64,000 nucleotides of DNA from the human T2T-CHM13v2.0 reference genome, Homo sapiens: the NCBI RefSeq assembly GCF_009914755.1, contig NC_060947.1; one strand, 5' to 3'. Both the position numbers and the translations under genes were made by a program. Of this stretch, positions 22,078-34,806 are shown piece by piece. Position 1 is the first letter of the stretch, and every line of letters starts with the position of its first letter. The notes beneath the pieces are model-generated. The model was not told where the DNA came from, searched no databases, and was given only the letters and a program-made list of their open reading frames with translations.

Positions 22078-22086
22078 AGAGGAAGA
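21961..22086 (+). repeat. (GAA/GAG)n purine tract grown from the Alu tail
   Basis: About 125 nt, nearly all purine, inside the TSD. Confidence 0.95.
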
Positions 22087-22482
22087 AAATGAGGACACTG
22101 AGACCCAGAGAGACTTCTAACTTACTCCAATTAGAGGCCAGGTTTTCTGTCCCCCAGCCTTGGACTTTTTTCATTGTCTTGTGTGGCCCTTTATTCACCA
22201 CCACACTCCCTCCATCTCTCTGCAGCACATTAGAGAGGGGCGAGTGGTCTGGAGTAGCAACCTTGCTCTGCCCTCACATCCTCTAAAGCCAAGTACCAAG
22301 TACAACCACCCTGCTGGTCCTGCTGGCCCTTCTTCTCCCCAACAGGAAGCTTGGGAGCTTTGTGAAGGAAGAGAGGCAACGCTTGATGAAGACACACCCT
22401 TGGAGGTGGACATCCAAGCCAGCCTCTCAGCCAAACTGTCTCAACTCCCCAACAAATCTCCTTTTTCTGGCACCCTCCTCAC

Positions 22483-22629
22483 CTTGTAGGCCTACAGGGC
22501 CTTGAGCCCCAGGGTCCCCAGTGAGGCCAGGGATGCCATCGATCCCTGGTAGACCCAAGGGTCCAGGAGGAACCTGGACAGCTTCTGCAGTTGGTGTTTG
22601 TCCAGGATCACCTTGGAGGCCAGAAGAGC
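22483..22629 (-). CDS. COL4A6: COL4A6 exon 41 (147 nt)
   Basis: (G)[25 protein letters not shown]...GPVGLQ|gtgagg. Confidence 0.95.
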
Positions 22630-22959
22630 CTGTGGGCAGGTGGGGGAAATAAGAACATCAGGCTGAGGCAGAGGGAGGTGACGGGGGCCCCAGAAGCCTT
22701 CTTTACTAACTTGCAATCAACAGCTTTCTATCCTGTTTGTCCCCACAGGATACCCGGGTATCTCCAGGATGGCACTGTGTGATATTATACAATCTTTATC
22801 CATCTCTCTCCCCAGTGGTTGGGTAGCTCCAAGAGGGCAGGAACTGGGTCATATTCATCCTGTCTCCTCAGGGCCCAGCATTGTGCCCAGTGGGTGACAG
22901 GCAGTCCAGAAGCATTTGCTGCTAATATGGTGAGCTGAGCCTTCTCTCAGGGCTGGGGT

Positions 22960-23080
22960 GGCTGGTTTACTCACTGGTTAGAGCACAGTGCCAAGGAGGC
23001 TGAGGGGACGCTTCTAACCCCAGAGGTTCAGTTGGCATCCCAGCCTAGGAACCCGGCGCCAGCCAGCTGCCTTTCTAATA
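22960..23080 (+). mobile_element. Degenerate tRNA-Ile-derived SINE (MamSINE1-like)
   Basis: ggctggtttactcactggttagagcacagtgcc resembles tRNA-Ile(AAU) GGCCGGTTAGCTCAGTTGGTTAGAGCGTGGTGC; B box decayed. Confidence 0.55.
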
Positions 23081-23094
23081 GCATAATTTGCTTA

Positions 23095-23920
23095 GTAAGT
23101 CATTGAACAAATATTTCCCCAGTGCTTATTATATGCCAGGGTCCTGGTAGCTCTGGGGATAGAGCAATGAATATGACAGACATTTATGGAGATTATGGTC
23201 TGGTGATGAAGATGAATAATGCCTAACTCGACAAATACTGTTAATCTGAGTGTAAGTTGGGAGAAGTGTTGTGGAGGAAAGGACTAACACAGGGACACTG
23301 GGAGGGAGCAGAGGGTGGTATGGGGTGGAGGCATCTGTTTTAGAGAATGATCAGTGGCCTTTTGCAAGCAATGACATTTAAACTGAGACCACTAAAACAT
23401 TAGAAGGACTTTGCTATTTAAAGAGTAGAGGGGCAAGTGCACTCTGGGAAGTAGAAGTAGCATGTGCAAAGGCCCTGTGGTAGGCCAGGACTTGGTGTTT
23501 TTGGATAACTGAAAGAGGCCAGTATGGCAGGAGCACAGTGAGCAGCAAAGGGGAAGGGCTGGCCATGAGGATGAAGAGGGAGGCATCACACAGGGCTTTG
23601 CGTGCCACGGTGAGTTCATTCCTACGCCATGGGAAGCCACTGGATGATTTATGTTTTTATAAGCTCTTTTTGGCCACTATGTGGAAAAGTGACCACTAGG
23701 GTCGGGGGAGGAAGGGTGCTGCATGAGAACTATTGGTGGCTTGGATCTGGGGGTAGCAACCAAGGTACTGCGAGGTGAACAGATGCAAGGCACATTTAGG
23801 AGGTACAAGCCTCAGGGCTTGCTACTAGATTGCATGTGTGTGAGTGAGGGTGGGAAAGGATGCAAAAGACGGTTCTTTATTTCTGAATTGAGCAAACGGG
23901 TGGGTGGTGATCTGAGTGCA
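23095..23920 (-). mobile_element. L2 fragment
   Basis: cattgaacaaatattt...tatgccagg...gcatgtgcaaaggccctgtggtagg... Confidence 0.75.
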
Positions 23921-24190
23921 AACCCAATGCCCACTAATGCAGAGATTAACACAGAGAGGCAGTCAGTAGCAGGATCCATGGTGGCAAGGCAGCAGTGGTC
24001 TTCAGTCCTGGGAGGTGATAGAGGCTGAAGGATCCCCAAGGTAGAGAAACTGCCTCTCTGGGGTACCTTGATCCAGCTGTTTTAGACATCCAGACTTTCT
24101 TGGCGTGGTGAGCAATGATGCCTGAAGGAACCTTACCACCAGGCCCCTCCCTCGAGCTCTGGATCAGCCCAGCACATGCTCTCAACTTAC

Positions 24191-24289
24191 CTCTTGGCCC
24201 TGCCTTCCCCTTCATTCCGGGAAATCCTGGGTCTCCAGGTGGCCCAACCTTGCCTGGAGTCCCCATGAAGCCAGGCTCACCTCTCATGC
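24191..24289 (-). CDS. COL4A6: COL4A6 exon 40 (99 nt)
   Basis: (G)MRGEPGFMGTPGKVG...GKAGPR|gtaagt. Confidence 0.95.
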
Positions 24290-24467
24290 CTGACAAAGCC
24301 CAAAGGAAGCAAGTCAGGTCCCGGCATGGTAGGGGTGGTAGGGGTGGAGGATAGGCAGGGGTGAGGTAGGGAAGAACATCAGCCACCGGCCTCTCTTCAC
24401 AGGACTGCAGGAAGGAGTCCTGGCCGTGGAGTGGGGAAGGGCCCAGCAGCCAGCCGAGCAGCCGTAC

Positions 24468-24629
24468 CTTTCAGTCCTAGCTCTCCAGGGAGGCCAGAAA
24501 AACCTGGAATTCCTTGGTCTCCCTTAGGCCCTTTAGGTCCAGGAATTCCAGGGAAGCCAGGGTCTCCGGTGTCGCCTTGATTCGAGGATGGCCCAGGGGG
24601 ACCTGGGGGTCCAGCGGGGCCTGGGCGGC
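24468..24629 (-). CDS. COL4A6: COL4A6 exon 39 (162 nt)
   Basis: (G)[21 protein letters not shown]...GELGLK|gtacgg. Confidence 0.95.
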
Positions 24630-24960
24630 CTAGGGATAAGATCGGAAGAGGGGCGAGGGGCAGGTGAACAGGTAGTAGCCACTGCAGAAGGCCTAGGGAC
24701 TGACAGGACTCCAAAGCCCATTCCCAGGACAGAGAATGTTCCCTCACCATCGGTGGGGTCCTAGTGCCCAGACTTTCCCAAACCATTTTAGCAAAATGCA
24801 CTTGGCTCAAGTCCCCTGTGTCCCCACTCGGGGAGGGATGTGAAGCCAAACACGCCCACATATGTCCAGCAACAGGGACTTGGCTGCGCTGTATACATGA
24901 CTTCCCCAAATGTCAGACAAAAGGTGGTGGCTAGCCCTCTTTTGGGCTTCCTGTCTTTAC

Positions 24961-25077
24961 CTCGTTCTCCATCTAGGCCTGGTCGCCCGGGGTCACCAGG
25001 CTGTCCTGCTATGAGTGAGGGCAAGGAGATGCCTGGGGCACCGGGGAGACCAGCAGGGCCCTGGAGACCTGGGAAAC
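24961..25077 (-). CDS. COL4A6: COL4A6 exon 38 (117 nt)
   Basis: (G)FPGLQGPAGLPGAPGISLPSLIAGQPGDPGRPGLDGER|gtaaag. Confidence 0.95.
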
Positions 25078-26924
25078 CTGTAAAGAATAAATAAAAGGGG
25101 CTGGATAGGCTCTGTGTGCCCAGAAGATGGCCAGGCTCTTTCAGAGAAAATGGAAGCTCACACAGAGAAAATGGAAGCAGTTAGGTAGGAGCCAGACCAG
25201 AGAACGCCAGCAGAGGGCTCTTCTTCCCTAATCCTTCCTTCCCAGAAAGCAGACTAACTGACAAGGGCTCAGAGACTCCCCTTTTCCAGCTGGAGCTGCA
25301 TTTTATTGGAAAGTTCTAGCTCCCTTACCTCACTGGTAATGGAAATATTTTAGGCCAACTTCCCCCACACCAGAAAGAAAAGAAGGCATGACTGAGCACC
25401 TGGACTTTTAAGTTTCCAAAGTGATTTTAAACCTGTCTGTGTCAAAAAACACCTCTTAAGTTAGCCAGTTATGTCTGATGCTGCACAAAGGTTACAGAAC
25501 GTAGGCCACAGGCCCCAGCCAGTCAGAACAGACACCAGGCCGATCAGAATGGAGGCAGCAAGAATGCGGTGCCTCTGTGTCTTCTAGGGCTATCTTCTGC
25601 AATTTCTAGGCAAACTGGAAAACAATCTTTTATAGGTCATTCATGATATGAGCCAAGTGATTGCTTAATTGCCTATGGAACAAATATCTCTGTACTAAAT
25701 CCCTCCCCCCTTTTTGGCCAAAGAGAATAACCACTTATTACAATAGATACAGAATACTCATTTGCTCTAATTTTAATACTGCTTTACATGTTTTCTGTTT
25801 GTGGAACTATTTCTATTGTAATATGTTCAAAACCAAAACTTTCATCTGATCACAGAAGATTTATTTAATGTTCACATATCAAATACATAGATGGTAATCT
25901 TGATGGGAAAACACAAATGTAGGTGTTGATATTATACATGTAGCATGGAAGATATATATTTATTACTTTGGGATATTCTAGAAGATATTCAAATGAAGAT
26001 AAATGGATTCAAACTGGTTGATAAACTGTTCTGGTGGTTGAGATTCTTAATTTTTGTTTGCGACAAGAAAATCCAAAAATGTTAATATCGAATTTTATCT
26101 TTTGTGACAAGAAAAATGCAAAAATATGCTGAATTTCTCTTATTAAGGTAAATCCATGAAAATTTATAAAAGTGATGGTAGATTTGGGTGTTTTTAAATA
26201 GCTCATTAATTAATTGAATCTTGAAATTTAGACAAAGAAAAAATAAATTTTGAGAAAAGTCTCTCTAGGTTTCTTAGGTCCGGAAAAAAGAAAAAACACA
26301 AAAAGAAAACTAGTAGCTAAGCCACGTGGTGGTACTCATAGCATTGTTACTTCTGGTTTGGTGAACCTTTGAAATATTTTTCTTTATCCCCAGGGTAAAA
26401 ATCTGAAAAGAAAGACATATTGTATACTTTTTTTCTGAAAATACAGCTCTACACATATATTATGTATATATACATATAAAGCATATATATGTATAGCTTA
26501 TATATATAAACTGAAATTATGCAAAACTAATAAACAAGACACCACATGTGTAATAGAGTAGGCAGTGGTGGGCAGTACACAAATTATAAAAGTTCCCATG
26601 GCAGTTTTTGGAGACTTTTTCTCCCTTTACCTGTTTCTTAATTTTATAATTACACTTACGTGTTATTAAACCTGAAATAAAGGCACTACTGACTTCAAGT
26701 ATTGCAAAAAGCTCATGCATTTCTTTAACAATAAAACACTTTAAATGAGCAGATGAAAATGCAAAACAGCCCATTTTTCCAACTCAGTCCAGTGTCAAAG
26801 CCTTGAAAAAACAAAATACATAAATGCAGCCTCTACGTATTTAGTGCAAATATGAAAACAAATAGTATCATTGAAAGTTATTTAGATAACAGTACTGTAA
26901 TGAGAGGGATTGCTCTATGAAGTT

Positions 26925-27225
26925 TTTTTATTGGTTAGTTTGTTTGAGATAGGGTCTTGCTCTGTTGCCCAGGCTGGTGTGCAGTGATGTGGTCAGGACT
27001 CACTGCAGCCTCAACCTCCCAGGCTCAAGCAATCCTCCCACCTCAGCCCCCGAGTAGCTGGGATTACAGGCGCACACCACTATGCCCTGCTAATTTTTGT
27101 ATTTTTTGTAGAAACAGGGTTTTACCATGTTACCTAGGCTGGTCTCCAACTCCTGGGCTCAAGCAATCTGCCTGCCATGGCCTCCCAAAGTGCTAAGATT
27201 ACAGGCATGAGTCACTGCACCCAAC
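26925..27225 (-). mobile_element. AluJ
   Basis: cactgcagcctcaacctcccaggctcaagcaatcctcccacctcagcc (J-type diagnostic). Confidence 0.92.
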
Positions 27226-27339
27226 CACTCTGTGATGTTTTCTTAGGAGTAAATCATCATATTGCACTGACTCCCGTTGTCAAATCAAAGATAGGTTCCT
27301 GTGGGGGTGGGGTGGGGCGTGGTATGATATTTCTTGTAT

Positions 27340-27745
27340 TCTTTTTAAAGAAATTGTTTTAATTAGATATTGAGAAGATATGACATAATATTTATAATAT
27401 GCAAAGAATAATTCAGATACAATGAACACTTGTGTTTCAACCACTCAACTTAAGAAGATGTCACTTGTTTTGAATTTCCTTGTGTGCCCTCCACCCTCTT
27501 CCTTCCCTTCCTCTCAGAGGCAATCACTCCTGAATTTTGTTCATCATCCTCTTCCTTTTTCTTCAGTTTGACCATGTATATCTCTAAACAATGTATTGGT
27601 TGGTTTCGCTTATTTTTGAACATTTATTGATGGAATCATACCAAATGTATTCCTCTGTGACATGTTTGTTTTTTGTTTAGTGCTATGTTGCTGAAATGTA
27701 TCCTTCTTGACCTGTGCTGTTTACTACATGCATAATTGTGATTTT
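27340..27745 (-). mobile_element. Old L1M(E) 3' fragment
   Basis: tatctctaaacaatgtattg...aatcataccaaatgtattcctctgtgac; degenerate. Confidence 0.5.
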
Positions 27746-28159
27746 ATTATCTCAGATAGCTAAAGAAAATGAATAATCTAATGACCATCAAGATTTGAAA
27801 ACAAAAGAAAATGTCCCTGTGTTTTTATCCAGTCCCCTTTTCCCTATATCCCATGAAAGAAGACAGTCTCTGGGCAGGCTCGGACCCTGCTTTGAGCCCT
27901 TCCTCTGGAGAAGCTGCTGGCTTTCAGAAAAGAACAGTTTGGTCCAGATCAAAGGGAAGAACAAACACAGAAACTGCAGATGCATCAATTTAAAATGCAG
28001 CAGGAAATGAATTAATATATGAATATAGTCCCTCGGAAACATACACACTGTACACAAACATGCACATAAACAAAATGCGGTGAGACCTCAAGCCCCAGAG
28101 CAGAGAGAAACAGGAAATTTTGCAAATATGATTTCCCCAGGTAACATGCAATAATATTC

Positions 28160-28412
28160 TTAAGTATATACTATGTGCCAGGCACTGAGCTTTTGTATAT
28201 CTTACCTCGTTCCTCATTGATTCCTCAAAAAACCTATGAGGTAGGTTCTGTTATAATGTTCATTTTATGGAAAAGGAAAACTAAGGGCTCATTTGGGATT
28301 GAGGAACAAGTAACTTCCTTGTTTAAAGTCATATAGCTAGTGAGAGGTATAGCTTGAATTTGAACCCAGCTAGTCTGATTTCAGAGCCCATACTCTTAAC
28401 CATGATGCTATG
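28160..28412 (-). mobile_element. MIR
   Basis: actatgtgccaggcactg...cctatgaggtagg...gaatttgaacccag. Confidence 0.75.
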
Positions 28413-29085
28413 GTGAATTCATTTCCTGGTTAACATGGAGTGGAATGTACACGGGTTTTTGGAACTTTCCTGAGGAAAAGTTGAAGAACACAAGTCATTC
28501 TTACTTTCTGAGAGGTGGGGAAAGGGAGACTCAGAAAGGGACTTCAGGCCATGTGATGAGTCAGGGGCCGAGATTAGGGTAGAACCTGCTTTCTAGTAAA
28601 CCCAACAAATTCTAGTTGAGGGTATGCTGTGGTTCTGTCCGGTGGAGACTTGTATCATCTTAGTCTTGGGATCCTTCCCGCAGCCACACTGTCTTCCCAG
28701 GGCCCTGGGAGTGCCATCCACACTGGACGCTGAGGAAATGCCAGCCAACCTCTCACTAAATGGACAAGCCCTGTCCCTCAGGACCAATAATTGCAAGCTC
28801 TGACCAAGCATGCCAGAGAGGCTTGAGGTTAGTAAGGAGGAACAGAAGAGAATCTGGAGGCTAAAATGGACTTGGTGAACTGTGCCCTGACAGTCTTCAC
28901 TGGAAAATGCTAAGCACAGCCTAACCTCTCTTTCTCAGCAGTCATTCCCACTGGGTTGTGAGACTCCCAGAGATGTGAAGACACTCACAGCCCAACCCTG
29001 TGAGCCACATGGCCCTGCTGTACCCTAAACCTGACTCTCCCAGCAAGGCCTCACTCAGCCTCTACAAGGCCTGACTTGGACTCAC

Positions 29086-29211
29086 CTCGATCACCTTTTT
29101 GCCCTCTCAGGCCCGGCTTCCCTGGAGCTCCGATGCCAATTCCTGGATATCCTTTTTCTCCTTTGGGTCCAGGGAGACCAGCAGGCCCAGGCACACCGGT
29201 GATACTAGGTC
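29086..29211 (-). CDS. COL4A6: COL4A6 exon 37 (126 nt)
   Basis: (G)PSITGVPGPAG...GIGIGAPGKPGLRGQKGDR|gtgagt. Confidence 0.95.
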
Positions 29212-29535
29212 CTAGGAGGAGATGCAGGGGTAGGGGGCAGACCTCAGTGGAGGTGAGGCCTTCCTGCCTAACTCACTCGCCTGTGGCCTGAGAAGCCTGA
29301 CTGACAGACACCAGAGGCAGAGTACTGAAGTAACAAGAAAGAAAGTTAATCTGAGTAGAAGAAAAAAACCCATCCTCTTTCTTCTCCATATCAAGGGACC
29401 TCAAATTGGAGGTTAATAAGGAGAGCTATGAGTCCAAGGATATGGGATACACCACAGTCGAGAATTCATGGCCAGCCCTTGCCAGGCTTCTGGAAGAGCT
29501 GATGCCCTCCTCTTCACCCTGAGGGTCTTCCTAAC

Positions 29536-29607
29536 CTGGAGTGCCATGGGTACCCTTGGTGCCCGGAAGCCCATTCAGTCCATGTAAACCAGGAAATCCA
29601 GGGAAGC
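29536..29607 (-). CDS. COL4A6: COL4A6 exon 36 (72 nt)
   Basis: (G)FPGFPGLHGLNGLPGTKGTHGTP|gttagg. Confidence 0.92.
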
Positions 29608-30199
29608 CTGAGGGGAGAGAATGTCAAAAATGGCTCCAGCAACTCTGAATCATGAAGCATCAGCAAGAGGTAGCTACCTGCCCCCAAAGGCATTGCGAGG
29701 TCCTTATTTTAAAGTCCTGGTCTTTTTTGAGGCATTTACTTAATGCCCTAAGGGAGAAGAAAACACTCCCAACCTATATCCTACACCACAGGTTCTCATG
29801 ACTCTTATCAGAGACCAATACAGCTTTAGGAGTAAGATGGCAGCTCATTAGGTATCTTGAAGAAGAACTCAGAGTAGCAATGTCAAGACCTTGAGTTGTC
29901 AGCTCCCAGAGACTGGTTCCAGAAACTCACTGCCCAATCTCTAAGTCAGGGAAAGGCTACACATGCCAGGGCAATTGCCTTCCTTGCTAGCTCTTCTCTT
30001 CATGGATCCCATATTCTTCTCTTCACACTCATGCTTGCCTGCCTTCATTACTCTTCATCTTCCTTTCCCATGATTCCTCATGTCCAATGACTCCTGTAGG
30101 CATGGCTTAACCCTAGCTAGTATCTTCTAAGATAAAGTAGTTGGTGTCCTTCATCGAGGGAAAGACTTTTCCCCACTGCCTGCTCCCAAATACACATAC

Positions 30200-30307
30200 C
30201 TTTGGGTCCTATTAATCCGGGGGATCCTAGAGGCCCAATTGCCCCTTGGTGACCAGAAGAACCTGGAAGTCCTGGTTCTCCTCTCATGCCGGCAACTCCT
30301 GGAAATC
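30200..30307 (-). CDS. COL4A6: COL4A6 exon 35 (108 nt)
   Basis: (G)[21 protein letters not shown]...GLIGPK|gtatgt. Confidence 0.95.
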
Positions 30308-30400
30308 CTAAATGTGAAACCAAGGCAGAGGTTCAGAATGGGGCATGGCTTGAAGCTAATCCAAACTCTTTCAGAATAAGGTTATCATGTGGCATGGTAC

Positions 30401-30508
30401 CTGGAGCTCCAGGAAGGCCAACATCTCCAGAAACACCAACTTTTCCATCTTCACCTTTGTTTCCAGGGAAGCCTATATTGCCTATTAGTCCATCTCTTCC
30501 TTTTGTGC
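30401..30508 (-). CDS. COL4A6: COL4A6 exon 34 (108 nt)
   Basis: (G)TKGRDGLIGNIGFPGNKGEDGKVGVSGDVGLPGAP|gtacca. Confidence 0.94.
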
Positions 30509-30977
30509 CTATAAAACCAAGAAAAATGCTGAGTGATTAGGCCATATTTCTAGCAGTGTATTCCTCTATGGGAAAGAGTAGATTCTGAATTGCTGAAGGA
30601 GCTAGACCCAATGAAGAAACTCTAAAAAAGATAGTGGTGGCTGTTTTCACATTAGAAAGGTGCCCTACAATTGAGAAGCAAGTAAATTTGTTATGAGTAT
30701 CCCTTCAGAAGTGGGAGCAATAAGTGGAAATGTTCAAGAAGGACAGTTTAGATAACAACTTCTAAACTAAGGGGATGTAGGCCATTATCCCAAAGGTCTT
30801 TGCCAGTCTATGAGTCTTGAAGGAAGAGTAGGCTGATTTGCTTGGGGAATTGATAGATAGGAAATTTTCTGCACTGGATAGAAGTTGCAGAACTTGGGGT
30901 TGACCTCCAAAATTCCTTCTAATCCTCAGTTTTGTGGAGTCTGTGAGGCAAACAAGACAAAAATATAGCAACCTTAC

Positions 30978-31052
30978 CTTTAAAACCAGATTCGCCAGGC
31001 TGTCCCTTGGGTCCTGGGCTACCGGAAATTTCAACTGTCTGGCCGTTGTCTC
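30978..31052 (-). CDS. COL4A6: COL4A6 exon 33 (75 nt)
   Basis: (G)DNGQTVEISGSPGPKGQPGESGFK|gtaagg; pyrimidine-poor acceptor ggaatcctcag. Confidence 0.92.
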
Positions 31053-31661
31053 CTGAGGATTCCAATACATTGTTTAAATGGCCAGGAGAAGCTATAGCTC
31101 ATTTTGCACCACTGAGATCTTTTGAACACATTTTTTTTTTCAGATTCAGTGTAGCCAGAGGAGCTCCTTGACAAAATTATCTATTGGGTAAAAAGTGATG
31201 AACCACCATCCAGGAGCTGGGATGCTGCTACCAGACTACTGGCATGAAATGCTGCTACATACAGCATATCTCCATTGGGAAACACATCACTAGGCTCAGT
31301 ATGGGCAGAGAAGATGGTAGGCAGGGCCCTCAAACATCACCAGAATGGAACAGTGATGCCAGCAAGAATGGGAAATTTTCCTGCCTAGTGGGCTGGGTTT
31401 ATCAGGGGAAGAGACTGGAGCCGAGGTTCTCCTCGCTGCTAAGTCTGGAAAGCAGATGGGCAAAACCACAAAGCCAAAGGACAGCCTTTTCCTTGGATCC
31501 ATGAAAGCCACAGAGAGAGATCTTGGTAAGTACCATTGTTTGTTGCATTGTCTGTGAGGAACAAGGACTGCAAAAGGGGTTTGGCCAAAGGGAAAATGTA
31601 AATTAATTGACTTTCCCCTAAACACAGACTCTCCGCTACCCTCGCAAGAGACCCTTGGGAT

Positions 31662-32032
<371 letters not shown>

Positions 32033-32059
32033 TTAAAAGAAAAAAAAAATGCTCCTTAC

Positions 32060-32123
32060 CTTTCAGGCCTGGGAGACCAGATGCTCCTGGGAGTCCAGGC
32101 GACCCTCTGATACCTTGTGAACC
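32060..32123 (-). CDS. COL4A6: COL4A6 exon 32 (64 nt)
   Basis: cttcgaag|GSQGIRGSPGLPGASGLPGLK|gtaagg; phase-0 start matches exon 31 end. Confidence 0.93.
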
Positions 32124-33050
32124 CTTCGAAGCAATATGGGAATCATCATTTCTGCCCAGAGCTCAGGACTGCCCACCCTCTTACTCCCTCACCCCTCACT
32201 GAGCCACTGCCTGAGAGATGTCCATCATGTATTCTGTGGCAAGGGTGGACTGTGGGCTGGAAGTGGGGATGTTATGTCCTGCAAACGGGAAGGTGATGAA
32301 CAAAGGGCAGAGCACATACTTAGGGTTTGTAGGGGAAGGATTCGATTCCACTGCTTATCAAAATGGGAATCTTAGAAAGTCACAGTGTGGCCATTCTAGC
32401 GAGTCTCTCAGAAAATGCAGAAGATGACAGGCCAGGCACTCAATGGACTCAACACACAGTTGGCTACCACTGTCCTTGCCAAAGCTCTGGAGCCATTATG
32501 CATAGGAAGAAGTTTCACTTCACCCTGCAGGGTTAGCCCTCTGCCACAGGTTCCGCAAGGAACACAAGTTCTTTCTGCCACCAGGTAGCAGGTGGTATGT
32601 GTGCAGGTGCTGGAGTCTGAATTTGGGCAAATGTTACCATTTTCAGAGGAAAATCTGCCTTCACTGGCTAATGTCCAACACACTATCTGAGTCTGGGAAG
32701 TGGCCATGTCAGCTGCCATCAGCAAAGTTCTTTTCTTGATATCTGTTATGGTTTTGGTTCATTTTGAGATGTACCCAGTATCCAGTAAAGATTTATGCCA
32801 CTTAGTGCTTTGGGTAGGAGGCTGAGTACTGGGCTGGGTCACTGTGTGCACTGGACCACTACCCAGGACACCCCTCCATCGTGGCTGCTTCCTTGCCCGG
32901 CTTCATCAGGCACATTGCCATATCTTCTAATTCTGAGCCTCTGTTCATGCTGGGACTTCTCCTAGAATGCATTCCCACTTTGTTTTCATCCCCCTAGAAT
33001 GTAAGTAGTCAGGACTATCCAGTCTAGAACTATTTATTTTCAATTGCTTC

Positions 33051-33052
<2 letters not shown>

Positions 33053-33088
<36 letters not shown>
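33053..33088. repeat. (TG)18 microsatellite
   Basis: Directly visible. Confidence 0.95.
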
Positions 33089-33090
<2 letters not shown>

Positions 33091-33199
33091 ACGCACACAC
33101 CAAGTTCTCTCCATCAGATGGACTGACACTTTTGAAGTTCAGGGACTTTGCCTGCAAGGAGCCCAGGTGTTCTGTGATTCAATTCATTGAGACCATTTG

Positions 33200-33445
33200 A
33201 TACATCTGCTATTTATGCAGAGCCGGCTATGTGCCAGACACAATGTTAAGAGCTTTACATGAGTCATGTCACTTAACCCTCCCTACTGTCTGAAGGCTAT
33301 TTAAATATTATTCCCAATTTTTACAGATGAGGAAAGTGAGGTTTAGGTAAGGTAAACAGTGTGCACAAGATCACAGAGCTAATGAGCAATGGAGCTGAGG
33401 TTCAAATCCAGGTTGGTCTCATTGCTAAGCCACCTCTTCCACCTT
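33200..33445 (-). mobile_element. MIR
   Basis: ttttacagatgaggaaagtgagg...aagatcacagagctaatg. Confidence 0.75.
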
Positions 33446-34030
33446 GCCTTGTATGAGCCCAGATAAGCTGGACTTGATTCTTTGCTAGTCGTTGCACCTT
33501 GTGGAGCTTCAAAGACCTTTCTAGCAAAACATCAAGAAGTTTTTACGAATTCTTACAATGTGCCAGGCTCAACATGAAATGCTGGCAGTGGGGTGCAGAG
33601 AAAAAAGCATGTAAGGTAGTTCTTGTTCTCAAGCTGTAACAATCTCATTGAGGAAGTCAGCCCCACACAGAAGCAACTAGAATTGATGTCAGCAGTGATA
33701 AGTATAGAGTGGCAGCTGGGTGGGAGCTCAGGGACTCCTGGAGGAGATGGTGCCTGGGCTGGGGACTGAAGGGCAGGCAGATATTGGATAATTGTAAAGG
33801 CAAGAGAAGGCTCTGCCATTTCAGGGAGATGTGAACAAAAGAACAGAGGAGGAGATGTTCAGGAAAGGGTGGGAAGACCTGTCAGACTCAAGGAGAGAAC
33901 TCTTTCTGAGGATGTCCTGGGAGAAGGGGCTGAGAAGTAAGCTGGGATCAGAGAGGTGGGCAGTGGGGGTATATCCCCGTGAGATGGGGGGCCTTTTCTG
34001 GTATAAAGACAAAGATCTGGTCACACTTAC

Positions 34031-34212
34031 ACTTTCTCCTGGCATTCCTGGGAAACCTGTGATCCCAGAGGACCCCTTCAGGCCAGGTAAGCCCCGGATT
34101 CCCATGAAGCCAGGGGGCCCTGGCTTTCCACTAACTCCTTTGATAATGCCTGGGAGGCCAGGAGCTCCAGGTAGGCCTGGTGGTCCAGGTCGACCAGCCT
34201 CTCCTTTGTCAC
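34031..34212 (-). CDS. COL4A6: COL4A6 exon 31 (182 nt)
   Basis: (G)DKGEAGRPG...GIIKGVSG...GMPGES|gtaagt. Confidence 0.95.
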
Positions 34213-34680
34213 CTGTAAAAGAAATAAAAAGACTTGGAAAAAGACACTGGGCAAGAAAAACCCAGCTTGCCAAGATGCAGGTGCCCCAGGTCGCAGGCCA
34301 AGTGCAGGCTCAGGGAGCAGTTAGCTTAAAGGTAAAGGTGAAGTGGGGAGAGATGCTTTCAGTCTTATGGGGCATCGACAGAGTTGCTTCTGCTATACCA
34401 CTGGGAAAGCAGCACAGTGCTCAGGGTCCTCCAGGGGTACCACTGCCTGTGGTTGAAAACCTCAGTTCTACAGTGGCAATAACAAATGGCAGTCTCAAAG
34501 TCCAGGCAGCCTTCAGGCCCAGGGGAGGCAGCCTTCTTGGATTCCTTGCTGCCAGCCACACTGCTGCTCTGAGGTTGGCGATGGGGGGCTGTACTTGAGG
34601 GCCTTTGCTCAAGAAGGAAGCCAAGTTTGGTTATGAAGCCTTTCTTGAGCATTTCTCCTATCCATCCCCTGCCCCAGCAC

Positions 34681-34806
34681 CTCTTGGCCCAGGAAATCCA
34701 TTGGATCCGGCTGAGCCTTGAGAGCCTTTGTCTCCTTTGAGCCAAAGGTTTGACATTGGACGTCTTGGACTAGGTATTCCGACTGGCCCCGGATTGCCTC
34801 TGTCTC
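34681..34806 (-). CDS. COL4A6: COL4A6 exon 30 (126 nt)
   Basis: (G)DRGNPGPVGIPSPRRPMSNLWLKGDKGSQG...GPR; weak donor gtgctg. Confidence 0.92.

Noticed and set aside
22960-23035. tRNA gene
   Set aside because: Only an A-box-like 5' half survives; no cloverleaf or B box, so treated as a tRNA-derived SINE
30308-30400. 93-nt intron (multiple of 3) as an in-frame retained intron
   Set aside because: Contains an in-frame TGA (...CCA TTC TGA) on the coding strand
31385-31444. 60-nt in-frame pseudo-exon in intron 32 (DLAARRTSAPVSSPDKPSPL)
   Set aside because: Good acceptor but only a poor GC donor (AG|GCAGGA) and no collagen-family similarity
33831-34598. 255-aa plus-strand ORF and similar Pro-Gly ORFs opposite collagen exons
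   Set aside because: Antisense frames of GGN/CCN-rich exons lack stops by composition; no independent sign of coding
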